From: an uncultured Trueperaceae bacterium
GTDB lineage: Bacteria; Deinococcota; Deinococci; Deinococcales; Trueperaceae
Direction: 5' to 3'
NCBI GenBank assembly: GCA_963727505.1
Contig: CAVSGP010000014.1
Location: 32,001-96,000 of the forward strand
Length of the DNA stretch: 64,000 nucleotides
In this document: positions 1 to 9,731 of the stretch, piece after piece
How positions within the stretch are numbered: the stretch's first letter is position 1
How the letters are laid out: each line of letters opens with the position of its first letter
Translations under genes and position numbers: made by a program
The notes under the pieces: model-generated
What the model saw: the letters and a program-made list of their open reading frames with translations, nothing else
Database searches by the model: none
What the model was told of the DNA's origin: nothing

Positions 1-1399
1 GATGCAGTACCTCGAGGACGCGGACCTGGACGCCGACGCACTCATGCGCGCCTTCGACAAGGCCGTGCGCTCCGGCGAGCTCACGCCGGTGCTGCTCACC
101 TCCGCCACCCGCGTCATGGGCGTCAGCCTGTTGATGGATTTCATGGTCCACGGCGTGCGGCACGTGAAGGACCATCGGCCGCTGGCCGTCGAGAAGGGCG
201 AGCCGCCCGAGCTGGGCGAAGGGCATCCCTTCGGAGCCCGCGTGTTCAAGACGGTGGTCGACCCCTACCTCGGCAAGGTCTCGCTGATGCGGGTGCTGTC
301 CGGCAGCGTCAAGGCGGGTAGCAACGTGCACGACCCCAACCGCGAGGCGGACGTCCGCGTGTCGCACCTGTACGTGCCCAACGGCAAGGACCTCTCCGAG
401 GTCAAGGAGCTGAACGCCGGCATGATCGGCGCCATCACCAAGGTCGAAGAGGTCAAGACCGGCGACACGCTGTGCGATCCCGCGCATGTCTTCCAGCTCG
501 CGCCCATCCGCTTCCCCTCTCCCGTCATGGCGCTGGCGCTGACGCCCAAGTCGCGCGGCGACGAGGACAAGATGTCCGACGGGCTCCACAAGCTCCTCGA
601 CGCCGGCCCCACCCTGATGCTCGAGCGCAATGCCGACACCCACGAGACGGTGTTGTGGGGCATGGGCCACGTGCACCTCGAGATCGCCGTCAACGCCCTC
701 AAGGACCGCTTCGGGGTCGAGGTGGACACCCGCCCGCCGTCCGTCGCCTACCGGGAGACCATCGGCGGCAACGGCGACGCCCGCTACCGCCACAAGAAGC
801 AGACCGGCGGTGCCGGGCAGTTCGCCGAGGTGGCGCTTCGGGTCGCGCCCCTGACGCGCGGCGAAGGCTTCCAGTTCACGTGGAAGGTGGTGGGCGGCTC
901 CATCCCCACGCAGTTCCAGCCGAGCTGCGAGAAGGGCGTCAAGAGCGCCCTGGAGGCGGGCGTGCTGGGCGGGTTCCCGGTGCAGGACGTGCAGGTCGAG
1001 GTCTACGACGGCAAGGATCACCCCGTCGACTCCAAGGACATCGCCTTCCAGATCGCGGCGGCGCATGCGTTCAAGGAGGCCATGCAACAGGCCAAGCCGG
1101 TGCTGCTCGAGCCCGTGGCGCTCCTCAAGGTCCGCGTCCCAGACCGCTACACCGGTGACGTCATCTCGGACCTCAACACCCGCCGTGGCCGCATCCTGGG
1201 CATGGACACCGAGGGTTCGGTGAGCGTGGTCAGCGCGCACGTTCCGATGGCAGAGATCCTGAGCTACTCCCCCGACCTGCGCTCGATGACGGGCGGCCGG
1301 GGCGTGTTCTCGCTCAAGTTCGAGCGCTACGACGTGGTGCCGAGTCAGGTCGCCGACCGGGTGCTGGCCGACCGCCAGCAGGAGAAGGCGGCGTCGTAG
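1..1399 (+). CDS. Elongation factor G paralog (EF-G2-like), 5' end outside window
   Basis: EF-G domain II-V motifs: GMGHVHLEI, VAYRETI, HKKQTGGAGQFAEV, DGKDHPVDSKDIAFQIAA, DLRSMTGGRG. It is not in a str (rpsL-rpsG-fusA-tuf) context, so a paralog is likely. Confidence 0.9.
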   Translation, partial: MQYLEDADLDADALMRAFDKAVRSGELTPVLLTSATRVMGVSLLMDFMVHGVRHVKDHRPLAVEKGEPPELGEGHPFGARVFKTVVDPYLGKVSLMRVLSGSVKAGSNVHDPNREADVRVSHLYVPNGKDLSEVKELNAGMIGAITKVEEVKTGDTLCDPAHVFQLAPIRFPSPVMALALTPKSRGDEDKMSDGLHKLLDAGPTLMLERNADTHETVLWGMGHVHLEIAVNALKDRFGVEVDTRPPSVAYRETIGGNGDARYRHKKQTGGAGQFAEVALRVAPLTRGEGFQFTWKVVGGSIPTQFQPSCEKGVKSALEAGVLGGFPVQDVQVEVYDGKDHPVDSKDIAFQIAAAHAFKEAMQQAKPVLLEPVALLKVRVPDRYTGDVISDLNTRRGRILGMDTEGSVSVVSAHVPMAEILSYSPDLRSMTGGRGVFSLKFERYDVVPSQVADRVLADRQQEKAAS

Positions 1400-1477
1400 G
1401 CGCAGCGTCTCGCCTCGGTACGGCCTCCGTCCGCTTCCGCGCGCGCAGTCGCGTGCGCTGTGCCGATCGGGACGGCG

Positions 1478-2236
1478 TCAGCGCTTCTGCGGCGAGAGCA
1501 GCGGCGCCAGGTTCATGCCGCTGAGGTAGGCCAGGAACGACGGCAGGATCGGCAGCACGCAGGGGGAGAGGAAGGACAGGGCGCCGGCCCCGAAGGCCAG
1601 CGCCAGCGTGGGCGCGGCCATGGTGCCGAACAGGGCGCTCTCGGCGCTCCCCATGTTGGCCAGGTAGGGGGACAGCGCGTTGAGCGCGCCGGTCAGCAGC
1701 AGCACGCCCACGGCGATGAGCAACACCGCCCCGACCTTCTCGAGCACGCCCGAGTAGCGCCGCAGTGCCCGCGTCAGCGGCAGGAGCTGGGACAGGGCCA
1801 GGAACGGCAGCGAGAAGCCGAGCGAGTAGGCCAGCAACAGGAGCCCTCCCTGCGCCCCGCCGCCGCTGGTGGCCGCGATGCCCAGGATGCCGGCCAGGAT
1901 GGGACCGATGCAGGGCGTCCAGCCCGCGGCGAAGGCGACGCCCACCACCGCCGAGCCCAGGTAGCCGCTCGGCTTGCGCATGAGGTGCACGCGCAGCTCC
2001 TGCTTGAACACCGGCAGCGGCACCACGTCCAGCATGATGACGCCCATCACCACCAGCAGTACCCCGGAGACGACGCGCAGGGCGCTGCCGTAGGCGAACA
2101 GGAGCTGGCTCAGCAGCCCGGCGCTGAAGCCCAGCGCCACGAACACCGCCGAAAGGCCGGCGACGAAGGCCAAGGTGTGGAGGGCCAGGTGGACCCGCAG
2201 CGGGAGCCCGGTCTCGGCGCTCGCCTCCGTCCTCAT
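1478..2236 (-). CDS. ccdA: CcdA/DsbD-beta family thiol-disulfide transporter, circularly permuted
   Basis: Six hydrophobic segments. Both Pro-Cys motifs are present (GWTPCIGPIL and AGALSFLSPCVLPILP), but the normally N-terminal SPCVLP helix lies at the C-terminus. Confidence 0.85.
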   Translation of the reverse strand: MRTEASAETGLPLRVHLALHTLAFVAGLSAVFVALGFSAGLLSQLLFAYGSALRVVSGVLLVVMGVIMLDVVPLPVFKQELRVHLMRKPSGYLGSAVVGVAFAAGWTPCIGPILAGILGIAATSGGGAQGGLLLLAYSLGFSLPFLALSQLLPLTRALRRYSGVLEKVGAVLLIAVGVLLLTGALNALSPYLANMGSAESALFGTMAAPTLALAFGAGALSFLSPCVLPILPSFLAYLSGMNLAPLLSPQKR

Positions 2237-2260
2237 GGTGGTGCCTTCATGGCGCTGCCG

Positions 2261-3154
2261 TCATAGCGACGCTAGCTGACTGCGCACGTCTTGCGCGAGC
2301 TCGCGACCCAGCTCGTCGGCCTCCTTGGCCTCCCCGCTGACGCTGGCCTGCAGGGTCGTCTCGCCACGCAGCACGGCGCCGAACAGCGTCAGCTCGCCGT
2401 CGTCGGTGACGTTCGCCAGCGCGCCGACCACGCACTCGCGGCAGGCCTCGTCGCTCTCGGGCGGGCCCTGCCGCAGGGAGAAAGCGAAGGAGCGCTCGGC
2501 ACGCACGCGGTCGAAGCTGGGGCGGTGCTGCAGCGAGTAGGCCACCTCGAACGCGAGGTCATCGTCGGCGCGCACCAGCAGCCCCAGGGCGCCCTGACCG
2601 GGCGCCGGGGCGAAGGTCTCGGGATCGAGCACGTTGTCGAGCCGATTGCGATGGTCCAGCACGATGAGAGTGGCGGCGGGGACCAGCAGCCCGTCCAGTT
2701 CGCCGGAGGTCAGCAGCTTGAGGTCCCCTTCGATGGAGCCGGATACCTCGACGGCCTCGACGCCTCGATGCTGGCCGGCCAGGTAGGCGGCGTCCCGTGG
2801 CGTCAACACCCCCACGCGGGCACCCTGGGGCAGGTCGGACAGCGCGCGCGTGCCCTTGGTGACCAGCGCAGTACGCGGCTCCAGCCGGCGTGACACGGCC
2901 GCCAGCGTGACCTCCTCGGGCAGCGCCAGGGGGAGCGTCTCGAGCGGGGCCACCGCCACGCCGATCTCCCCGTTCACCAAGGCCTTCAGGAGGGGATCGT
3001 CACCGTCGGCCGGCTTCGCGGCAGCGTTCTTGATGGTGCGGAGGGCGAAGTTCACGTCCGGCCACTCGTCCGTCAGTTGCTCGAGCACTTCCCGAGCCTG
3101 GCGCAGCGCGAGTGCGCCGTCGCGGTTGCCCAGCACGATTCTTGCCATGGCCAT
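2261..3154 (-). CDS. HemC (porphobilinogen deaminase)-fold protein with degenerate active site
   Basis: LALRQA, LPQGARVG, PAPGQGALG and AERSF match HemC. The HSxKD, GTSSLRR, RGNxxTR and GGC motifs are absent. Confidence 0.8.
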   Translation of the reverse strand: MAMARIVLGNRDGALALRQAREVLEQLTDEWPDVNFALRTIKNAAAKPADGDDPLLKALVNGEIGVAVAPLETLPLALPEEVTLAAVSRRLEPRTALVTKGTRALSDLPQGARVGVLTPRDAAYLAGQHRGVEAVEVSGSIEGDLKLLTSGELDGLLVPAATLIVLDHRNRLDNVLDPETFAPAPGQGALGLLVRADDDLAFEVAYSLQHRPSFDRVRAERSFAFSLRQGPPESDEACRECVVGALANVTDDGELTLFGAVLRGETTLQASVSGEAKEADELGRELAQDVRSQLASL

Positions 3155-3299
3155 GTTGTATCACATTCGGCTGCGCCTGCGGATGCGAGAAAGCACTTGT
3201 GGAAGGGCATCGGTGGCGAGCGGGAAGGGCGGCGGACGCCAACGTGCGGGCGCCGCCCGCGGCCGTACCAGCGCCGCCGCCGAGGGCCCGTGCGGATGC

Positions 3300-4475
<1,176 letters not shown>

Positions 4476-4630
4476 GCCTGTGTCCTCCAGGGAGAGCCGT
4501 GGGGCTCGAGCGCGCCCGGCCCTCTGCCTCGGGGTGCGGCCGCGCTTCGTTCGATTCGCCATGCTAGCAGGGCGCGGCGCCGGTCAGGGTGCCGTGGGAT
4601 GGGGTCGGTGTGCGGCGCGATGGACAGGGG

Positions 4631-4731
4631 CCGGGTTGGGCTGTTCCGGGTTGGGGTGTTCCGGGTTGGGGTGTTCCTGGTTGGGGTGTTCCTGGTTGGG
4701 TTGTTCCTGGTTGCGTTGTTCCGGGTTGCGT
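4631..4731. repeat. 15-bp tandem repeat (CCKGGTTGGGGTGTT-like), 6 full units plus a partial, G-rich
   Basis: Units start at 4631, 4646, 4661, 4676, 4691, 4706 and 4721. It lies in the spacer between divergent metK and the GNAT gene. Confidence 0.95.
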
Positions 4732-4818
4732 GGGCCGGGCCGAGGGGTCCGGCGGAGCCGGCTCCGCGTTGGGCACGCGGGTCGCCGTTGCGGGAGGGAG
4801 CCGTGGCTATACTCGGGC

Positions 4819-5403
4819 ATGCCGGATACCCACGTGGGGCACGCCATCCGCCGAGCGCGCCCAGGCGACGCCCAGGAGATCGTCCGGCTCATGCGCACGA
4901 TCTACAGGGAGGGGCGCTACTTCGTCGGTAATGGCCCGCCGCTCGCCGAGTCGCTGGCCCGTCGCATCGCCGGTGACGACCCGTCGTACGCCCTGTACCT
5001 GGTGGCGGAGTGCGGGCAGGGTGATGTGCGCGAGGGCGACGGGCGCGAGGGTGATGTGCCCGATCGTGATGTGCGCGAGGGCGATGTGCGCGAGGTGGGG
5101 GCGTGGCTCGAGCTCCACCGCATGCAGCCGCGCCGCATGCAGCATGTCGCGGTGCTCACGGTGGCGGTGGCCCCCGCGTGGCGCCACAGGGGTCTGGGCC
5201 GGGGCCTGTTGCGGCGCAGCTACGCCTGGGCGGCCGAGGTCGGGGTGAGCAAGATCAGCCTCAACGTGCGCGCCGGGAACACTTCCGCCATCGCCCTCTA
5301 TCGCTCCGAGGGGTTCCTGGAGGAGGGGCGTGAGCAGGGGCAGGTGCGCACGGACGACGGTGGGTTCGAGGACAACGTGATCATGGGACGCAGGTTGCCC
5401 TGA
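4819..5403 (+). CDS. GNAT family N-acetyltransferase
   Basis: IRRARPGDA, VAPAWRHRGLGRGLL (motif A) and VRAGNTSAIALYRSEGF. TATACT lies 5 nt before ATG 4819. Confidence 0.9.
   Translation: MPDTHVGHAIRRARPGDAQEIVRLMRTIYREGRYFVGNGPPLAESLARRIAGDDPSYALYLVAECGQGDVREGDGREGDVPDRDVREGDVREVGAWLELHRMQPRRMQHVAVLTVAVAPAWRHRGLGRGLLRRSYAWAAEVGVSKISLNVRAGNTSAIALYRSEGFLEEGREQGQVRTDDGGFEDNVIMGRRLP
5017..5091 (+). repeat. In-frame 15-bp tandem repeat (GAGGGCGATGTGCGC-like x5; EGDVR) inside the GNAT gene
   Basis: Five degenerate units encoding QGDVR EGDGR EGDVP DRDVR EGDVR. Confidence 0.9.
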
Positions 5404-5481
5404 CGGGGTGCGCCGTCATCGCTCGTGCATGGGAAGGCCGGGCGGGTTCTCCCGTCTCCCGGGTTCCCCTAGACTGGCCCC

Positions 5482-6036
5482 ATGGCTGACCCCGATCCCG
5501 CCCTCGCAGCGGCGCACGGAGCGCAGGCTCCGGCCGCCCGCGTCGCGCTGTTCGTCGACACCCAGAACCTCTACTACGCTGCCCGCGACGGCTACGACGC
5601 TACCGTCGATTACGGTCGCCTGCTCGAGCTGGCGCTTCGCGGCCGCGACCTGGCATCGGCCACGGCCTACGTGGTGGAGCGAGAAGGGGACAGTACGGCC
5701 TTCGGGTTCGTCACCAAGCTCTCCGCGCTCGGGTACCGCGTGCGCCGCCGCAGCGTGCGCGTGCACCGCACCGACGAGGGCGGCGGCGTGGTGATGGAGG
5801 GGGACTGGGACATGGGGATCGCCGCGGACATGGTGCGCGCGCTGCCCTACGTCGACGTGCTGGTTCTCGGGTCCGGCGACGGCGATTTCGTGCCCATGCT
5901 GGAGCTGGCGCAGCAGCGCGGGGCCCGTGTGGAGGTGCTCGCGTTCCGCGAAGCGTCCGCCCAGAGCCTCATCGACCTCGCCGACCGCTTCAGTCACCTC
6001 GCTGACGAGGCCGAGGTGTTCGTGCGCAAGGGCTGA
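5482..6036 (+). CDS. NYN domain (LabA/DUF88) protein
   Basis: VALFVDTQNLYY, GDWDMGIAADM, LGSGDGDFVP and LIDLADRF motifs. Confidence 0.9.
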   Translation: MADPDPALAAAHGAQAPAARVALFVDTQNLYYAARDGYDATVDYGRLLELALRGRDLASATAYVVEREGDSTAFGFVTKLSALGYRVRRRSVRVHRTDEGGGVVMEGDWDMGIAADMVRALPYVDVLVLGSGDGDFVPMLELAQQRGARVEVLAFREASAQSLIDLADRFSHLADEAEVFVRKG

Positions 6037-6065
6037 GCCGATCCGTGGCCTAACCGATCCGTGGC

Positions 6066-7550
6066 CTAACCGACCCGATCTGCGCAGGTGCTGGGCCGCA
6101 CGGGCCAGGCCAACCCGGGCGCTGGTGTGGGCGCTGGTGTGCGCGCTGACGTGGGTGCTGACGTGGGCGTCGCCGCGGGCGTCGCGGACGCAGCGCTCTT
6201 CGTGTCGGGCGCGCTTGCAGCGGCCCCCCAACTGCCGTCCACGCTTTCCAGGTAATCGTAGGTCGCGCCGATCACGTCCAGCCACGCGCCGTAGACGGCG
6301 TTCTCGCGTGCGAGCAGGGCGCGGCAGGCGCTCGGCGAGGTGGCGGGCGTGGCGGCGGTGTCCCGCCAGGCGGCGAGCTCGGCTTCGAGCAGCGCGGACG
6401 CGTCGTCGACGGCAGTCCGGGCGCGTGCGACATCGGCCGCGAAGCTCGCGTCCAGCGCGTCGAGCGCGGCCCGGGCGCGCCTGACGCGCTCGACGGCGGA
6501 GCTCCGGGCCGAATCGGCGCCGCCGTCGAGCCGTAGCCGTGCACGGAGCTCGATGCTCCACTGATCGTCCGCCTGCGGGCCTAGCTGACCGTTGAGATCG
6601 GCGGCGGGCCGGCCGCGATCGAGCGACAGCGAGGTGCTCACCTGGTAACCGACGCTGCTCGACTCGTAGGTGGCGCTCAGCGTCACGTCGCGTAGCACGT
6701 CGAAGGGCACGCGGTCGCGCTCCGCAGTCGCGCGCTCCAGCTCCAGGCGCAGCCGCTCCCGCTGGGGCGCCGTCGCGGCCGGTGGCGGCAATGCGAAGCG
6801 CAGCGGCACGAACTGCGCGGCGCCCGCGAAACCGAGTCGGGCGGCCTGCGTTCGCAGCGCCTGCAGCGCGTGGCGGCGCCCGTCGACCAGGGCCTCGGTG
6901 CGGAGCAGGGAGGGGCTCGATCGGGTGGCGTTCGATCGGGTGGCGTTCGACGGGGCGGCCCGCGTGGTCGCATGGAGCCGTTCCCTCGCAAGGTCGAGTT
7001 CAGCCCGCTGCACCGCCACTTCCGCCCTCAGCGCCTTGGCTTGGAGCCTCAGCGCGGCCAGGACGTCGCTGCGCCGTGCGTGACGTAGCCGCTCGCGGGC
7101 CAGGAGCAGATCGGCGCGGTCGGCCAGGATCGCGGCGTTGTCGTAGCGCCATGCCAGGTCGAGCTCCAGGTCGGCGCGGGCCCCCAGCGCGGCGGGGTCC
7201 TCCACGTCGGCGCCGTAGCTCAGGGCGGGACGGGCCGTGAACGTGACGTCGGTGCCGGCACGGCTGACGCCGAGCGCGCGTTCGGCGTCAGCGACCGCTG
7301 CCGCCTGCCGAAGGGAGCGCTCGCTGTCGGGCGTCGACGTCAGAACGTCGGCGGGCGCGAACGCCAGCACGAACGGCGCGCACAAGAACGTGGCAAGGCA
7401 GACGGCCGCGTGCGGTCGACGGCGGGCACGCCGGCGGAGGGCGCCCCGGCGAACGGCACGCCAAGCGCCGGCACGCCAACCGGCTCCTGGCGGGGGCGTG
7501 CGGGTGGGAGCGCCGCCTGGGTGCTCGGTAGCGCTGACGAGATCCCCCAT
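6066..7550 (-). CDS. Putative exported TolC/outer-membrane-efflux-like protein (start uncertain)
   Basis: Hydrophobic signal-like stretch, then alternating coiled-coil helices and beta-strand-like segments (VTLSATYE..YQVSTSLSL; WSIELRARLRL). Family call is by pattern only. Confidence 0.45.
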   Translation of the reverse strand: MGDLVSATEHPGGAPTRTPPPGAGWRAGAWRAVRRGALRRRARRRPHAAVCLATFLCAPFVLAFAPADVLTSTPDSERSLRQAAAVADAERALGVSRAGTDVTFTARPALSYGADVEDPAALGARADLELDLAWRYDNAAILADRADLLLARERLRHARRSDVLAALRLQAKALRAEVAVQRAELDLARERLHATTRAAPSNATRSNATRSSPSLLRTEALVDGRRHALQALRTQAARLGFAGAAQFVPLRFALPPPAATAPQRERLRLELERATAERDRVPFDVLRDVTLSATYESSSVGYQVSTSLSLDRGRPAADLNGQLGPQADDQWSIELRARLRLDGGADSARSSAVERVRRARAALDALDASFAADVARARTAVDDASALLEAELAAWRDTAATPATSPSACRALLARENAVYGAWLDVIGATYDYLESVDGSWGAAASAPDTKSAASATPAATPTSAPTSARTPAPTPAPGLAWPVRPSTCADRVG

Positions 7551-7653
7551 CTCCGTCCCCCTCTCCCCGGATGTTGAGCGGGCTATACCCTAGCGGAGGG
7601 CCGGTTGCATCGGGGTCACACGGGCGTTCTGCGCTAGCGATCGACGTCGTTCC

Positions 7654-9093
7654 CTACGGCTCTTCGGGTCCTCGCCCCAGCCGTTCCTGCAACAGCCGCC
7701 GCACCGCGTCGGGTCTGGCGGCGCCGCGGCTCTCCTTCATCACGCGCCCGAGCAGGGCGTTGATCGCCTTGGGGTTCTCCCGTGCGCTCTCGACCACGGC
7801 GGGGTTGGCCTCCATGATGCGCTCCACCAACGCGGCGAGTGCCCCCTCGTCGGTGATCTGCTTGAGCCCCCTGCGCTCGACGACGGTGTCGGGCTCCTCG
7901 CCGTCGATCACGTCGGGCAGGATCTCCTTGGCGATCTTGCCGGAGATGGCGCCCTCGTCGATGAGGCGGACCATCGCGGCCAGCCCCTCTGGCTTCAGCG
8001 GCACCTCGGCCAACCCCACACCGCGCTCGTTCAACAGGCCCGCCACGTCCCCGATCAGCCAGTTGGCGATGCGTTGAGCGGCCCCGTCGGGCGCGCGCTC
8101 GTAGGCCGCCGTCGCAGCGTCGAAGAACGCGGAGGTCGGGACGTCGAAGGCGATGAGCTCCGCGTCCTCGGCGCGCACCCCGAGGGCCAGGTAGCGTTCG
8201 CGCTTGGCCTGCGGCAGCTCGGGCATGGATGCGTGGATCTCCTCGAGCCATGCGCGGTCGAGCGTCAGCGGCGGCAGGTCGGGCTCGGCCATGTAGCGGT
8301 AGTCGGCCGACTCCTCCTTGCTCCTCAGAAGGTAGGTCTTCTGGCCGCCCTCGTTCCAGCCGCGCGTCTCCTGCGCCACGGTGCGCCCGTCGTCGAGCAG
8401 ACGCTGCTGGCGCTTGATCTCGAACTCCAGCGCCGACGCCACGCTCTTGAAGGAGTTGAGGTTCTTGACCTCGACCTTGGTGCCGAAGCTGCCGTCGGCG
8501 TTGCGGAGCGACACGTTGACGTCGGCCCGCATCTTCCCCTGCTCGGGGCTGGCGTCGGACACCCCGAGGGCGCGGGCGACCGCCTGCACATGGGTGAGGA
8601 AGGCGCGTGCCTCCTCCGGGGTACGCAGGTCGGGCTCGCTCACCATCTCGATGAGCGGCGCGCCGGCGCGGTTGAGGTCGACCAGGCTGTGGTCGGCGTA
8701 AGCGGGGTGGACCAGTCGGCCGGCGTCCTCCTCGACGTGACAGCGGGTGATGCCGATGCGCCGCCCGTTCTCCAGCTCCACCCAACCGTGCTCGCCGACG
8801 GGACGGTCGAACTGGCTTATCTGGTAGTTCTTGGGCGCGTCCGGGTAGAAGTAGTGCTTGCGGTGGAACTGCGTGAGCTCGGGGACCCGGCATCGCAGTG
8901 CCAGGCTGAAGCGGACCGCCTTCAGAATGGCGTCCTCGTTCGTCACGGGCAGGCTTCCCGGCAGCCCGAGGCAGACCGGGCAGGTGTTGACGTTGGGCTC
9001 CAGCCCGAAGCTGTCGGCCGAGCAGCCGCAGAACATCTTGCTCTTCGTGCGGATGGCGAGGTGGATCTCCAGACCGATGACGGGCTCGGGCAC
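7654..9093 (-). CDS. gatB: Asp/Glu-tRNA amidotransferase subunit B
   Basis: IGLEIH, CPVCLGLPGSLP, RKHYFYPDAPKNYQISQ, EEDAG, VEVKNLNS and DYRY motifs. Confidence 0.97.
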   Translation of the reverse strand: MPEPVIGLEIHLAIRTKSKMFCGCSADSFGLEPNVNTCPVCLGLPGSLPVTNEDAILKAVRFSLALRCRVPELTQFHRKHYFYPDAPKNYQISQFDRPVGEHGWVELENGRRIGITRCHVEEDAGRLVHPAYADHSLVDLNRAGAPLIEMVSEPDLRTPEEARAFLTHVQAVARALGVSDASPEQGKMRADVNVSLRNADGSFGTKVEVKNLNSFKSVASALEFEIKRQQRLLDDGRTVAQETRGWNEGGQKTYLLRSKEESADYRYMAEPDLPPLTLDRAWLEEIHASMPELPQAKRERYLALGVRAEDAELIAFDVPTSAFFDAATAAYERAPDGAAQRIANWLIGDVAGLLNERGVGLAEVPLKPEGLAAMVRLIDEGAISGKIAKEILPDVIDGEEPDTVVERRGLKQITDEGALAALVERIMEANPAVVESARENPKAINALLGRVMKESRGAARPDAVRRLLQERLGRGPEEP

Positions 9094-9164
9094 GGGCGCA
9101 GTCTACCAGGGCCGGCGGAGGCGCCTCAGGTCGGAACACGCCGTGCCCTGCGGTAGAATGGCGC

Positions 9165-9596
9165 ATGGTCGAGGTCGAGCTCGAGGACATCGCGGTATCC
9201 GGCGACGAGAACCAGTTTCTCGTGCTGCTCCGTCGCAAGGACGGCCACGATCTCCTCCCCATCCAGATCGATGCCATGCAGGCTATCTCCATCGCCAGCG
9301 GGAGGGGCAGCGAACGCTTCGAGCGTCCGCTCACCCACGACCTGATGGTCTCGGTGCTGGAGATGCTCGGTGCCGACGTCGCCCGTGTCGAGATCACGGA
9401 TCTGGTCGAGGGAACGTACTACGCCATGCTGATCCTCGAGCGCTCGGGTGTGCGCTTCGAGGTGGACGCCCGGCCGAGCGATGCGCTGGCCCTGGCTGTG
9501 CGCGTCAAGGCCCCCGTCTTCATCGCCGAACACGTGCTCGACCAGGGTGCTTTGCAGGACGATGATTACGACGGCGAAGGTGGCGCCGAGGCCTGA
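9165..9596 (+). CDS. Bifunctional nuclease family (DUF151) protein
   Basis: LPIQI, RPLTHDL, GTYYAML and DARPSDALALAVR motifs. Confidence 0.92.
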   Translation: MVEVELEDIAVSGDENQFLVLLRRKDGHDLLPIQIDAMQAISIASGRGSERFERPLTHDLMVSVLEMLGADVARVEITDLVEGTYYAMLILERSGVRFEVDARPSDALALAVRVKAPVFIAEHVLDQGALQDDDYDGEGGAEA

Positions 9597-9731
9597 TTGG
9601 CCATGGATTAGCCCGCCAGCGAGGGACGGGCCCGAGGCGAACGCCTCGGGCCCGCATGCGTGTACGGCGACGCGACCCGTGCTCCGGGCGGCGGCGCGCG
9701 GTTTCGCGTGTTCGCTGTCGGTTGCTCGGTC

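Noticed and set aside
4476..4560. SAM riboswitch upstream of metK
   Set aside because: Small hairpins exist (GAGCC-ccac-GGCTC next to the SD), but I could not match SAM-I, SAM-II or SAH consensus elements; such hairpins are expected at this GC content.
4631..4731. CRISPR array
   Set aside because: The units are contiguous 15-mers with no unique spacers, and there are no cas genes in the window.
5482..9596. NYN and DUF151 nucleases as a defence island
   Set aside because: They are separate, stand-alone genes among housekeeping loci, with no defence or mobility markers.
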